Of a stretch of DNA of 64,000 bases, positions 28,368-38,638 are shown in pieces (within the stretch, counting starts at the first letter, position 1; each line of letters opens with the position of its first letter). The notes beneath the pieces are model-generated. The model searched no databases. It worked only from the letters and a program-made list of their open reading frames with translations, and was not told the origin of the DNA. Source of the DNA: Minisyncoccota bacterium (lineage in GTDB: Bacteria > Patescibacteriota > Minisyncoccia > Phycocordibacterales > DSPV01); assembly GCA_041662545.1 (NCBI GenBank), contig JBAZSH010000004.1, forward strand, positions 1,803 through 65,802. The letters are read 5' to 3'. Made by a program: the position numbers and the translations under genes.

Positions 28368-30005
28368 ATGGAAGACGATAATAAAATAACCTATTTCGCC
28401 GAAACTGACGCTCGAGGCAAACGAACGCCTTTTGGCATAAAAAATAAAGACCGCTCCCGCCACACTTATGTCATCGGAAAAACCGGCATGGGCAAATCCA
28501 CATTGCTGGAAAATATGGCAATTCAAGATATTAGAAACGGTGAAGGTTTAGCTTTCATTGACCCGCACGGCAAAAGCGCCGAAATGCTTTTGGATTATGT
28601 GCCAGCAGAAAGAACCAAAGATGTTCTCTATATCGCACCCTTTGATTTGGATTTCCCAATTTCTTTCAATGTAATGGAAGATGTCGGCGTAGACAGCAGA
28701 CATTTGGTGGTCTCTGGTTTAATGAGCGCTTTCAAAAAAATCTGGGTGGACGCCTGGAGCGCGCGGATGGAATACATTTTAACCAATACCTTGCTGGCCC
28801 TTTTAGAATATCCCGACGCCACTTTATTATCAGTCAATCGAGTTTTGGCTGATAAAGAATATCGCAAAAAAGTAGTGGAAAATATTACCGATCCGTCGGT
28901 AAAAGCTTTTTGGACCGAAGAATTCGCTAAATACACTGACCGCTTTGCCCAAGAAGCCACTCCGGCCATTCAAAACAAAGTCGGTCAGTTCACTTCTAAT
29001 CCACTCATCAGAAATATTATCGGCCAGCCGAAATCGTCTTTTGATTTGCGGAAAATAATGGACGAGCGAAAAATTTTAATCGTCAATCTTTCAAAAGGCC
29101 GGGTGGGCGAAGTCAATGCCGATTTACTGGGTAGTATGCTAATTACAAAAATTTATCTGGCGGCAATGTCACGCGCTGATTTGTCAGGCAGTAATTTGCG
29201 AAAATTGCCGCACTTCAATTTATATGTTGACGAATTCCAATCATTTGCCAATGAAAGTTTTGCTAACATTTTATCGGAAGCCAGAAAATACAAACTCAAT
29301 CTATTTTTGGCCCATCAATATATTGAACAAATGTCGGAAGAGGTGAGGGCGGCGGTCTTCGGCAATGTCGGAACAATGGTTTGCTTCCGGGTAGGCGCCT
29401 ACGACGCTGAAGTATTGGAAAAAGAATTCGCACCAGCTTTTACCGCTGAAGATTTGGTCAGTTTAGGTTTTACTCAAATTTATTTGAAATTAATGATTAA
29501 TGGCGTCAGCTCGCCACCGTTTTCCGCAACCACTCTAGCGCCACTGGAACAACCGTTAATTTCCTACAAAAACGACATTGTTACTAACTCGCGCAAAACT
29601 TACGCCAAATCACGGGTAGAAGTGGAAAACGCTATTCGCCTTTGGAGTCAGCCAATCACTCCACTCATTAAACCGAAAATTGCGCCAGTAGTAACACCAG
29701 CATCGCCATCCCGCCTCGTCCCGCCCGACCGGCGGGCAGGCGGCGGGCAAACACCAAAATCACCTCCAAAACCGGCACCGGTTATCCAAAAACCCGCTTT
29801 CCATAAACCTTTTCACTTAAATGAATTGCAGAAAACCCCACCAGTTATCAATACCGACAAAACTCAAAATCCAAAAAATGTTTCTGACCTACGCAAAGCG
29901 CTAAAAGTAGTTTTGGAAAAGAAAGAAGAAAAAGTCGAGAAAAAAGTAGATGAAGTGCCAGAGGAAGTTTTGAAAAAAACCTTGGGCTTGGATGAGAAAA
30001 AGTAA
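28368..30005 (+). CDS. type IV secretion coupling-protein-like ATPase (VirD4/TraG/TrwB family-like) with a Pro/Lys-rich C-terminal tail
   Basis: It has a Walker A motif VIGKTGMGKST, a DPHGK motif (as in DPKG of T4CPs) and a Walker B motif NLYVDEFQSF. An alternative TTG start lies at 28347. Confidence 0.5.
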   Translation: MEDDNKITYFAETDARGKRTPFGIKNKDRSRHTYVIGKTGMGKSTLLENMAIQDIRNGEGLAFIDPHGKSAEMLLDYVPAERTKDVLYIAPFDLDFPISFNVMEDVGVDSRHLVVSGLMSAFKKIWVDAWSARMEYILTNTLLALLEYPDATLLSVNRVLADKEYRKKVVENITDPSVKAFWTEEFAKYTDRFAQEATPAIQNKVGQFTSNPLIRNIIGQPKSSFDLRKIMDERKILIVNLSKGRVGEVNADLLGSMLITKIYLAAMSRADLSGSNLRKLPHFNLYVDEFQSFANESFANILSEARKYKLNLFLAHQYIEQMSEEVRAAVFGNVGTMVCFRVGAYDAEVLEKEFAPAFTAEDLVSLGFTQIYLKLMINGVSSPPFSATTLAPLEQPLISYKNDIVTNSRKTYAKSRVEVENAIRLWSQPITPLIKPKIAPVVTPASPSRLVPPDRRAGGGQTPKSPPKPAPVIQKPAFHKPFHLNELQKTPPVINTDKTQNPKNVSDLRKALKVVLEKKEEKVEKKVDEVPEEVLKKTLGLDEKK

Positions 30006-31491
30006 CACAATAAAATTTTTGCTGATAATATTTTTTTTGGTACTGATGCCACGATTGGTTTTGCCTGCCCGCCATTGCCAAGCTCAGGCTTTGGCAGGCG
30101 GGGCAGTAGTGGAAATTAGTGAGATTATGTATGATCCAAAAGACACTGACACCAATGCTGGCGGGGAATGGATTGAAATTCACAACACTGATTCTCAAAT
30201 TATTGACTTAACTCAATGGATTTTTTTTGATAATGATACCAATCACAAAATCACTGCCGACAATAGTATCGAAGTGCCAGCTGGTGGCTACGCTGTGATT
30301 TCTAGCAATCTGGAATATTTCAAAAGTTTTTTCGCCAATTATTCCGGGCTTTTGTTTAAGACCTCGTTTTCATTAAACGATGGGGAACCTCTGGCGATAA
30401 AAAGTAATAAGGATGCGGCACCTTCAGATTCAGTAACTTATTCTTCCGACTGGGGGGCCAAAAATGACGGCAATTCTTTGCAAAAAATTAGTGGTCAATG
30501 GAAAGTCGGAGCACCGACACCTGGTGTTGCCAATGTTGCCAGTTCAAACACCTCCAACGACAATCCGCCGACCGATACGCCAACCGGAGAACAAAGCTCC
30601 AACACTAGCCAAACCTCTTCAACCGGCGCCGGCGAAAAACCACCGGAAATGAAAATAGAAATCGTTGCCAATAAAACGGTGGTGGTTGGCGCAGACGCCT
30701 TGTTAGCTGGCAAAGCCTTGGGCGCCGATGGCAAGCCCTTGGATAATGTTCGTTTTCTTTGGAATTTTGGCGATGGCGAAACAAGAGAAGGACAAAATGT
30801 TTTGCATCGTTTTCGTTTCCCCAGCGAATATATTGTTACTTTGGATATCGCCTACGGCAAATGGAGCTCAACGGCTCGCGCTACAATCACAGCCGTCAAA
30901 TCACCATTAACCATATCGCGGATAGAAGAAGGTCCAGCTGGTTTTGTAGAAATTGCCAATGGCGGCAACACTGAATTAGATTTGTTCGGTTGGTATTTAA
31001 AATCTGGAAATACTTCTTTTTTAATTCCAAAAAACACCATCATCGGCGGGGGCAAAAAAATAATTTTTCCCAGTGAAGTGACGAAACTTGATGCTGTCAA
31101 TGTTCTACTTTTATACCCCAATGGAGTAACGGCCGTTGGTTATGAAAAACCCGCTCCAGATCCTGCTCCGCCTCCAGAAAAAATTATTGAAACGAAAATA
31201 ATAACACCGCCTGCGAAACCGGTGAGTTTCCCCGAGTCAGACTCGGGAAATTCGCAGGTCAAACCTGCGAAAACAGAAATAAAAGAAGAAATAGCGGCGG
31301 TTTACAAAGCGGTAGAGGGTGCAGAAATAACAAAGATTGCAGAAGCGACACCAGAAAATAGCGGCGGTTTGGGAATTTGGCTTCTTGCCTTAGGTGGCTT
31401 AATTGTGTTATCACTGGGGGCACTTGCTTTCACCAAACATAAGCCGAGCTTGATTCCAAACGAGACAGAAGAATACAAAATTATTGAATAA
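29992..31491 (+). CDS. cell-surface protein with two lamin-tail domains (LTD), a PKD-like domain and a C-terminal membrane anchor
   Basis: EISEIMYDPKDTD..GEWIEIHN...GGYAVI...NDGEPLAIK is the LTD signature, and it is repeated as FVEIANGGNTELDLFGWYL. FLWNFGDGETREGQNVLHRF is PKD-like. It has a C-terminal TM helix. Confidence 0.7.
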   Translation: MRKSNTIKFLLIIFFLVLMPRLVLPARHCQAQALAGGAVVEISEIMYDPKDTDTNAGGEWIEIHNTDSQIIDLTQWIFFDNDTNHKITADNSIEVPAGGYAVISSNLEYFKSFFANYSGLLFKTSFSLNDGEPLAIKSNKDAAPSDSVTYSSDWGAKNDGNSLQKISGQWKVGAPTPGVANVASSNTSNDNPPTDTPTGEQSSNTSQTSSTGAGEKPPEMKIEIVANKTVVVGADALLAGKALGADGKPLDNVRFLWNFGDGETREGQNVLHRFRFPSEYIVTLDIAYGKWSSTARATITAVKSPLTISRIEEGPAGFVEIANGGNTELDLFGWYLKSGNTSFLIPKNTIIGGGKKIIFPSEVTKLDAVNVLLLYPNGVTAVGYEKPAPDPAPPPEKIIETKIITPPAKPVSFPESDSGNSQVKPAKTEIKEEIAAVYKAVEGAEITKIAEATPENSGGLGIWLLALGGLIVLSLGALAFTKHKPSLIPNETEEYKIIE

Positions 31492-31494
31492 AAA

Positions 31495-32625
31495 ATGGCA
31501 AAAAAAATCCTAATTTTCTCTGTCGCTTATCGGCCATTTATCGGCGGAGCGGAAGTGGCGATAGAAGAAATCACCAAACGATTGGCGAGTGATTTTTCTT
31601 TTGACTTAATCACGGTTAATTTGGACGGCCGCCAAAAACGCGAGGAAAATATTGGTAATGTTAATATCTTCAGAGTCGGCTCCAGCGCTCTGGGTAAATT
31701 TTTGTTTCCGTTTAGGGCGCTTTTGGCGGCAGGCAAACTTCACCGACAAAATCATTACGACAGCACTTGGGCAATTATGGCCAATTATGCCGGCTTTGCC
31801 GCTTTATTTTTCAAAATTTTTCATCCAGCTGTGCCTTTTGTTCTAACTTTACAAGAAGGCGACCCGATTCCAGAAATCAGGCGCAAGGTTTGGTTCGTTT
31901 GGCCGATTTTTAAAATGATTTTCCAACGCGCCGATAAGGTAACGGCAATTTCCAATTATCTGGCACAATGGGGTAAAACAATGGGCGCGAAAAATGTGGA
32001 AGTAATACCGAACGGGGTAGATATAGAGAAGTTTAATCCCGATTTTGCGACGCAAAATCGAGGAAATAAAATCCTGATAACTACCTCGCGGCTGGTGAAA
32101 AAGAATGGGGTGGGAGATATTATTGAGGCCTTAAAACTTTTGCCAGAAAATTTAAAACTGATAATTGTCGGTTCTGGCGAATTGGAGAAAAGTTTAAAGT
32201 TTAAAGTCAAAAGTCTAAAGTTGGAAGAGAGAGTAAGATTTCTAGGTTTTGTAGAACCTGAAAAAATTCCCGAATATCTCTGGACTTCTGATATTTTTAT
32301 CCGCCCTTCACTATCCGAGGGTTTGGGTAATTCGTTCATTGAAGCGATGACAGCTGGTTTACCGATTATTGGCACATCAGTTGGCGGTATTCCGGATTTT
32401 CTTTTTCCTCCCGAAAGGTCAGACCTTAAATCTGGAGAAAGGTCTGACCTTATTCCCACAGGGCTCTTCTGCGAACCAAACAATCCCCAAAGCATTGCCG
32501 AAAAAGTGAAATTACTTTTGGCTGATAATTCACTCCGGCAAAAAATTATCGCCAATGGCCAAAAATTGGTTGCTGAAAAATATGATTGGAATCTTATCGC
32601 CAACCAAATGCGCCAGGTGTTGTAA
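31495..32625 (+). CDS. family-4 glycosyltransferase (GT4). It carries an in-frame REP-like insertion encoding PERSDLKSGERSDLIP.
   Basis: EGLGNSFIEAMTAGLPIIGTSVGGIPDF is the EX7E motif region. Confidence 0.75.
   Translation: MAKKILIFSVAYRPFIGGAEVAIEEITKRLASDFSFDLITVNLDGRQKREENIGNVNIFRVGSSALGKFLFPFRALLAAGKLHRQNHYDSTWAIMANYAGFAALFFKIFHPAVPFVLTLQEGDPIPEIRRKVWFVWPIFKMIFQRADKVTAISNYLAQWGKTMGAKNVEVIPNGVDIEKFNPDFATQNRGNKILITTSRLVKKNGVGDIIEALKLLPENLKLIIVGSGELEKSLKFKVKSLKLEERVRFLGFVEPEKIPEYLWTSDIFIRPSLSEGLGNSFIEAMTAGLPIIGTSVGGIPDFLFPPERSDLKSGERSDLIPTGLFCEPNNPQSIAEKVKLLLADNSLRQKIIANGQKLVAEKYDWNLIANQMRQVL
32415..32451. repeat. in-frame REP-like inverted doublet in the GT4 gene
   Basis: AAGGTCAGACCTT-aaatctggaga-AAGGTCTGACCTT. 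Confidence 0.85.
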
Positions 32626-32846
32626 CCAGTTAAATAGAGCCGTATTTTGGCATATTTTGACATTGGATAAAAGAAAATTAAAATAGGGTTGACAGAAATA
32701 CTTATCTATGCTAACCTATTGGCATCAATAAGCCAAAAGCTTGTTGGGTCATTAGTGAGTTCTTCTCGAACTTACATCACAGCTTCCGAATGACTCGGTC
32801 GCGTGATCCATAAAGGTAATGGGAAATCTCTTGAAAGGAGATAAAC

Positions 32847-33347
32847 ATGAGAAATCCAGACCCCCAGTACATCGTCAACCTCATCAACAACTTCGTCGGC
32901 CAAGCCCAAATTGGTCGGCTCACTAACTATCCAGACAAATACACAAGTGTGTGGAGTCTGTACCCAGTGATCGGGTGCACAATCGAAGCTCGGCTGAAGT
33001 CGTCGAATGCGGAAACGCTCGGACGAATCATCGAGTACAGCGATTGGAACGTCTGGGTGGGAAAACCGCGTCTTGAGCGGAAGCAATGCATGGGAACAGT
33101 TGTGAATGACCTGAAAACAGGTTTTCCAACTCCGTTGTTCCCCCTGCTTCCCAACGGACTCTGCCACGGGCTCTGCGGTCGCGAGTTGCTTGAAAGAGCA
33201 GCGCTTGTCACCATCCTGATGATCATCGTGGATATGATTCAACAGGAATGGTACAAGATGGACCGAGAACTTGAAGCCGACGAGAAGGAGCAGGAGCATC
33301 GGCGTCAGTACCATCGCTACCAGGCCGGCCAAGATTATGTGGCCTGA
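32847..33347 (+). CDS. hypothetical protein encoded on a GC-rich islet
   Basis: There is a strong SD site AAAGGAG 7 nt upstream of the ATG, and the GC content is about 52% against roughly 40% nearby. It is chosen over the overlapping minus-strand ORF 32772..33332. Confidence 0.5.
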   Translation: MRNPDPQYIVNLINNFVGQAQIGRLTNYPDKYTSVWSLYPVIGCTIEARLKSSNAETLGRIIEYSDWNVWVGKPRLERKQCMGTVVNDLKTGFPTPLFPLLPNGLCHGLCGRELLERAALVTILMIIVDMIQQEWYKMDRELEADEKEQEHRRQYHRYQAGQDYVA

Positions 33348-33368
33348 CCACTTTCATCCACACAACAA

Positions 33369-33399
33369 GCCCAACACTCCGGTGTCGGGCTTTTCTTTT
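33369..33399 (+). terminator. intrinsic terminator of the GC-rich islet gene
   Basis: AGCCCAACAC-tccg-GTGTCGGGCT is followed by TTTTCTTTT. Confidence 0.55.
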
Positions 33400-33597
33400 A
33401 CTTTGAGCGTAGCCCTCGCCTTTGAGGATAGCCCGGAGGCGAGCTTGCTTGGTACGATGTGGCGTAATTTTGTTTTAGAAAATTATGCCACAGCGGAAGC
33501 CGCCGAGGATTAAGGAAACCGGCCGCAGGAGCCGGTTTCCGCTATCCGAAAAGGCGAAGGGCGAGCGATGGTTGCCTTTTTGGAGAATTCCCGTATA

Positions 33598-34338
33598 ATG
33601 CCTTTTATGATTTTATTGAAGGCAAAAAAGCGCGAGCCGAAGGTAAGTTTGGCTAAAATGAGAAAAAGCGGCGAATTGCCAGCGGTTTTTTATGGCAAAA
33701 AAGAAAAAACCACATCAATCAGCGTGGCTCTTAAGGATTTTGTCAAGGTTTGGGAAGAAGCCGGCGAGAGCTCGGTGGTTAGTTTGAAAATTGAAGGCAG
33801 CGAAGATTTGGAGGCGTTGATTCAAGATGTGGATTCTGATCCTGTTCGTTCCACCCCCCGCCATGCCGATTTTTATGTTTTTGAAAAAGGTAAAAAACTA
33901 CAAATCAAAACCCCGATTGAATTTACCGGCGTTTCGCCGGCAGTTAAAGATTTGGGTGCGGTTTTGTTAAAAGTTTTGCACGAACTTTCCATTGAAGCCC
34001 TACCAAAAGACCTGCCTAAGAAAATTGAAGTGGACATCAGCACACTTAAAAATTTCGGCGACACCATCGTGGCTAAAGATCTCAAATTGCCAGCCGGCGT
34101 TTCGTTGGAAGAAAATCCGGAAGAAGTAGTTGCTTCCGTTTTTGAACCGAAAGAAGAAAAAGAAGAAGAAATACCGACTCCTGATTTGTCTGCAATTGAA
34201 GTAGAAAAGAAAGGCAAGGAGGCCAAAGAAGGTGAAGGAGTTGAGCCCGCCGCCGCCCCGTCAGAACAGGGCTCTGGCGTGGCAAAGCCTGCTGCCGGCA
34301 AAGAAACAAAAGTTGGCAAGGAACCAAAAGGGAAATGA
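33598..34338 (+). CDS. rplY: 50S ribosomal protein L25 / general stress protein Ctc, with a long Lys/Glu-rich C-terminal tail
   Basis: It has LPAVFYGKKEK and the bL25 beta-barrel domain. Confidence 0.7.
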   Translation: MPFMILLKAKKREPKVSLAKMRKSGELPAVFYGKKEKTTSISVALKDFVKVWEEAGESSVVSLKIEGSEDLEALIQDVDSDPVRSTPRHADFYVFEKGKKLQIKTPIEFTGVSPAVKDLGAVLLKVLHELSIEALPKDLPKKIEVDISTLKNFGDTIVAKDLKLPAGVSLEENPEEVVASVFEPKEEKEEEIPTPDLSAIEVEKKGKEAKEGEGVEPAAAPSEQGSGVAKPAAGKETKVGKEPKGK

Positions 34339-35630
34339 AGTTCTTATTAAAAAACTCTTTCGTTATTGTCAGCTTTCTCTTGCTGACTAGTTTTGCTTTC
34401 GCCCAAAATATTTCCGAGGTGGTGACCAACCGCCGAGCAGAGTTAGAAAGTCAACTGGTTGGTTTGCAAAAAGAAATTGACGCCCAGCAACAAATTTTAA
34501 AAGACAAACAGCGCGAAAGCGTTTCTTTAGAGCGAGACATCGCCATCTTAACCGCCAAAATTGACTCCGCCAAACTTTCCATCCGAGCCCGAGCTTTGGA
34601 AATAGAAAAACTGAATCAGGATATCAACGGCAAGGAAAAAACCATCACCAACCTATCGGCAAAAATTGACCGTGAGTTGGCTTCATTGGCGGACCTGCTT
34701 CGCAAAACCCGCGAATTGGATAATTTCTCCATCGCTGAATTTGCCCTAAGCGGTAATGACCTCTCAGCTTTTTTCGGCGATTTGGACACCTTCCAAACCA
34801 TTAAGGCGTCACTGGCGCAATCCTTTGACACCTTGCGTTCCACCAAAACAACCACCGAGGGAGAAAAAAATTCACTGGAAGGTAAAGTCAAAGAAGAAAC
34901 CGACCTAAAAAAAATCCAGGAATTGGAACGAAAAAAAATAGAACAACGGGAAGCGGAGAAAAAAGAAATTTTGAAAGTTTCTCGTGGCGTAGAATCGGTC
35001 TATCAGCAGATAATCAAAGATAAAGAAAAAACCGCTGCCCAAATCAGAGCAGAATTATTCGCCTTGCGTGGATCGGCGGCAATTCCTTTTGAAAAAGCTT
35101 ATGAATACGCAGCTCATGTTTCGCAAAAGACCGGCGTTCGGGCAGCATTAATTCTTGGAATCATCGCCGAAGAATCCAATCTCGGTGAAAATGTCGGCAC
35201 GGGCAATTGGAAAGTAGATATGAAAGCGCCACGCGATACTGTGCCATTTTTGGACATTACCTCTCGACTTGGCTTAAACCCAGACGCTATGCCAGTTTCT
35301 AAAAAACCCTGGTATGGTTATGGAGGGGCTATGGGGCCAGCACAATTTATTCCTTCCACTTGGATTTTATATGAAGACCGCATCGCCTCGGCGACTGGCC
35401 ATAATCCTCCCAATCCTTGGTTGCCGGAGGACGCTTTTATGGCCACGGGTTTACTGATGGCGGATAATGGCGCCGATAAAAAAACTTATGCCGCCGAACG
35501 CCTTGCCGCTCTTCGTTATCTTGCTGGTTGGACAAATGCCACCAAATCGGCTTACGCTTTTTATGGTAATGATGTGATGGACCTAGCCGACAAATACCAA
35601 CGCCAAATTGACATTCTGAATGCGAATTGA
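34335..35630 (+). CDS. secreted coiled-coil protein with a C-terminal lytic transglycosylase (SLT_2/MltB-like) domain
   Basis: It has a signal peptide and long coiled coils. GAMGPAQFIPSTW is a lytic transglycosylase motif. Confidence 0.6.
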   Translation: MKFLLKNSFVIVSFLLLTSFAFAQNISEVVTNRRAELESQLVGLQKEIDAQQQILKDKQRESVSLERDIAILTAKIDSAKLSIRARALEIEKLNQDINGKEKTITNLSAKIDRELASLADLLRKTRELDNFSIAEFALSGNDLSAFFGDLDTFQTIKASLAQSFDTLRSTKTTTEGEKNSLEGKVKEETDLKKIQELERKKIEQREAEKKEILKVSRGVESVYQQIIKDKEKTAAQIRAELFALRGSAAIPFEKAYEYAAHVSQKTGVRAALILGIIAEESNLGENVGTGNWKVDMKAPRDTVPFLDITSRLGLNPDAMPVSKKPWYGYGGAMGPAQFIPSTWILYEDRIASATGHNPPNPWLPEDAFMATGLLMADNGADKKTYAAERLAALRYLAGWTNATKSAYAFYGNDVMDLADKYQRQIDILNAN

Positions 35631-35642
35631 TAATGTGTTTTT

Positions 35643-35873
35643 ATGAAAAAAGAGATTCATCCAAAATATTTTGATAAAGCCGAAGTGACTTGCGCTTGTG
35701 GCAATAAGTTCACCGTTGGCTCCACTATGGAAAAAATTCATGTGGAAATTTGTAGCGCCTGCCATCCATTCTATACTGGTGGCGATAAAAGCATTGACGC
35801 GGCTGGCCGAGTCCATAAATTCAAAGCCAGACAGGCGAAAGCGGTTTCAAAAAAACCGAAAGCCAAATCTTAA
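35643..35873 (+). CDS. rpmE: 50S ribosomal protein L31
   Basis: MKKEIHPKY...CACGNKF...[10 protein letters not shown]. Confidence 0.85.
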   Translation: MKKEIHPKYFDKAEVTCACGNKFTVGSTMEKIHVEICSACHPFYTGGDKSIDAAGRVHKFKARQAKAVSKKPKAKS

Positions 35874-36812
35874 ATGGACTACAAAACCAATCCCAAAACG
35901 GCTTATCTTGCCGAGACCTTAGACAAACTCGCTAAAGAAGAAGAGGAAGTTTTAGCATTGGCAAAAACTGATAAAGGAATGGGCGACCTGGCAACAGAAG
36001 AATTAAAAAATATCCAAATCCAAAAAGAAGCACTTGAAAAACAAATTGCCGAAATTGTTGCCGTTGAAAAAACTGAGGAAGAATTCCCAAACGAAATGAT
36101 TATGGAAATCCGAGCCGGCGTCGGTGGGGAAGAGGCGGCATTGTTCGCCGAAGAATTGGCAATAATGTATCAAAAATTCGCCGCCAAAAATAATTGGCAA
36201 TGGACACCGGTTTACAAATCAGAAAGCGCCTTAGGTGGTTTTAAAGAGGCAGTCTTTGAAATTCGTGGCAAAGACACTTTCAAAAATTTACGCTGGGAAA
36301 CCGGCGTCCATCGCATTCAACGGGTGCCAGCAACGGAAAAAACTGGCCGGGTCCACACTTCTACTGCTTCAGTGGCGGTCTTGCCATTGCGAAAAAAAAA
36401 TAATTTTTCTATCAATCCTGCTGATTTGGAAATGGAATTTTCCCGAGCCGGTGGTAAAGGTGGCCAAAATGTCAACAAAGTGGAGACCGCTGTTCGCTTA
36501 ATTCACAAACCGACTGGCCTTGATGTGCGTTCCACTTCGGAAAGAAGTCAAGCGCGAAACCGCGAAAAAGCATTGGTAATTTTATCGGCTAAACTGGAAA
36601 ACTTAAAGGAAAGGGAAGATGCGGCAAAATTTGCCAAAAACCGCAAAGACCAAATCGGCACGGCTGACCGCTCGGAAAAAATTCGCACCTATAATGTCCT
36701 TCAGGATCGCGTTACCGACCACCGCCTAAAAGAAAGCTGGCACAACATTGCAGCAATTTTAAACGGTGGCTTAGAATCAATCGTAGAACAACTTGCCGCT
36801 TCGCTAGCTTAA
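35874..36812 (+). CDS. prfA: peptide chain release factor 1
   Basis: It has the PAT tripeptide region [14 protein letters not shown] and the GGQ motif ([11 protein letters not shown]). Confidence 0.85.
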   Translation: MDYKTNPKTAYLAETLDKLAKEEEEVLALAKTDKGMGDLATEELKNIQIQKEALEKQIAEIVAVEKTEEEFPNEMIMEIRAGVGGEEAALFAEELAIMYQKFAAKNNWQWTPVYKSESALGGFKEAVFEIRGKDTFKNLRWETGVHRIQRVPATEKTGRVHTSTASVAVLPLRKKNNFSINPADLEMEFSRAGGKGGQNVNKVETAVRLIHKPTGLDVRSTSERSQARNREKALVILSAKLENLKEREDAAKFAKNRKDQIGTADRSEKIRTYNVLQDRVTDHRLKESWHNIAAILNGGLESIVEQLAASLA

Positions 36813-36829
36813 TGTTAAACTGCTCGACT

Positions 36830-37561
36830 ATGAAGCCAGTAAAAGAAAAATCAGTAAAAATAAACGACCCGCTAATTGAAGCGATGTTTGAGGCCGGCGC
36901 TCATTTCGCCTTGTCCAAAACCCGTCGTCACCCTTCGGCCAAACCCTATATTTTCGGCGCTAAAAACACGGTAGAAATTTTTGACTTGGAGAAAACCAAA
37001 ACCTGTTTAGAAAATGTTAAAAATTTTATATCGGAAATGGCCAGTCGGGGTGAAATGCTCCTGTTGGTCAGTGGTAAATTTGAGGCGAGAGACGCCATAA
37101 AAAATGCTGCCAGCTCAATCGGCCAACCGTTTGTCGCCGGCCGCTGGATTGGTGGTGCAATCACAAACTTTGGTGAAATCCGCAAAAGAGTGGATAAACT
37201 TTTGGAAATGAGAACCAAAAGAGCAAGTGGTGAATTCGCTAAATACACAAAAAAAGAACAATTGCTTTTGGACAGAGAATTAGATGATCTAGAGAAACTT
37301 TTTGGTGGTTTGACCACAATGACTACCATACCTAAAGCGGTGTTCGTTGTTGATCCAGCCAAAGAAAAGACCGTCGTAGCTGAAGCCCATCGTAAAAAAA
37401 TCCCCGTGGTTGCTCTAGCAAATTCCGACTGCGACTTCTCCGAAATTGATTATCCCATTCCCGCCAATGATAGTTCCATCAAAAGTGTCTCGTTTTTTGT
37501 CAATGAAATTGCTAACGCCTATAGGCAAGGAAAAAACAAAAAAACTGATGCCAATAACTAA
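36830..37561 (+). CDS. rpsB: 30S ribosomal protein S2
   Basis: FEAGAHFALSKTRRHPSAKPYIFGAKN...VDPAKEKTVVAEAHRKKIPVVALANSD. Confidence 0.85.
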   Translation: MKPVKEKSVKINDPLIEAMFEAGAHFALSKTRRHPSAKPYIFGAKNTVEIFDLEKTKTCLENVKNFISEMASRGEMLLLVSGKFEARDAIKNAASSIGQPFVAGRWIGGAITNFGEIRKRVDKLLEMRTKRASGEFAKYTKKEQLLLDRELDDLEKLFGGLTTMTTIPKAVFVVDPAKEKTVVAEAHRKKIPVVALANSDCDFSEIDYPIPANDSSIKSVSFFVNEIANAYRQGKNKKTDANN

Positions 37562-38132
37562 TGAACAAATAAAAAACCTGCGCGACACGACTGGTGTTTC
37601 GGTAATGCAATGTAAAAAAGCGCTGGAAGAGGCTAAGGGCGACGACGAAAAAGCCCTATTGATTCTCCGCAAAAAAAGTGGAGACATCGCCGCTAAAAAG
37701 AAAGATCGCACCCTAGGCGCTGGTGCCGTAGCCGCTTATGTTCACAATAATGCCGCCGTCGGAGCAATGGTAGAATTGCTTTCGGAAACCGATTTCGTTT
37801 CCAATAATGAAGAATTTCGAAAAATCGCTTACGATATTGCCATGCACATAACTGCCTCTAATCCAGAATTCTTGAAACGCGCCGATGTGCCTGAAAGCGA
37901 ACTTAAAAAAGTGGAGGAATTGTTTGCTGATGAAATCAAAGACAAACCAACAGCAATCCACAGCAAAATTCTGGAAGGTAAATTAAACGCCCACTTTAAA
38001 GAACGGGTGTTATTGGAACAGTCATTCATTAAAAATCAGGACATAACAATCCAAGAATTAATTGATGCGGCAATCCAAAAATTTGGCGAAAAAATAGCAA
38101 TTGGCCGTTTTGCCCGATTTTCGGTAAAATAA
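37548..38132 (+). CDS. tsf: elongation factor Ts
   Basis: It has an N-terminal UBA-like segment IKNLRDTTGVSVMQCKKALEEA. It lies immediately after rpsB in the conserved order. Confidence 0.85.
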   Translation: MPITNEQIKNLRDTTGVSVMQCKKALEEAKGDDEKALLILRKKSGDIAAKKKDRTLGAGAVAAYVHNNAAVGAMVELLSETDFVSNNEEFRKIAYDIAMHITASNPEFLKRADVPESELKKVEELFADEIKDKPTAIHSKILEGKLNAHFKERVLLEQSFIKNQDITIQELIDAAIQKFGEKIAIGRFARFSVK

Positions 38133-38138
38133 GTCAAT

Positions 38139-38534
38139 ATGATTACTATCCTAATAGTTTTCTACAGCTCTTTTGCCTTAATCGCTTTGATGGTGGCATT
38201 AAAGTTAATAGAACAAAACAGTAGTGTAAAAATATTGGCACGATTCAGCGCCACCGCCGAACCAGTCGTCAAAAAAATTGCTGACGGCACAAAACACAAT
38301 TTGACTGGCCACCTGAATATCCGCCGCCTCGGACTTTTGACTATTTTAACCCTGCGAACAATAGAGAAGTTTTTGCTCTCGGCTCAAATAAAAATCCGCC
38401 GACTAAATGAAATCTTGACAAGAAAGGTTCGTTATCACAATCTAAATAAGCCGAGGGGCACGGCCTCATTTTTCCTCAAAGACATCACTGATTACAAAAA
38501 TCATCTGCCTCACAAGGAAACTCCTGATTTTTAA
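38139..38534 (+). CDS. hypothetical membrane protein
   Basis: It is a 131-aa ORF with an N-terminal TM helix. Confidence 0.35.
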   Translation: MITILIVFYSSFALIALMVALKLIEQNSSVKILARFSATAEPVVKKIADGTKHNLTGHLNIRRLGLLTILTLRTIEKFLLSAQIKIRRLNEILTRKVRYHNLNKPRGTASFFLKDITDYKNHLPHKETPDF

Positions 38535-38535
38535 T

Positions 38536-38608
38536 GCCACCTTAGCTCAGTTGGTAGAGCAACGCTTTTGTAAAGCGAAGGTCCTCGGTTCGAGTCCGAG
38601 AGGTGGCT
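38536..38608 (+). tRNA. tRNA-Thr (anticodon TGT)
   Basis: It has the acceptor pair GCCACCT/AGGTGGC, an anticodon loop TTTGTAA and the T-loop GGTTCGAGTCC. Confidence 0.85.
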
Positions 38609-38638
38609 AACAATAAAATTTTCTGATATATTTTCTGT

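Noticed and set aside
32772-33332. 186-aa minus-strand ORF overlapping the GC-rich islet gene
   Set aside because: The plus-strand ORF 32847..33347 has a canonical SD+ATG and a downstream terminator. The minus-strand ORF lacks both and is an antisense artefact typical of GC-rich DNA.
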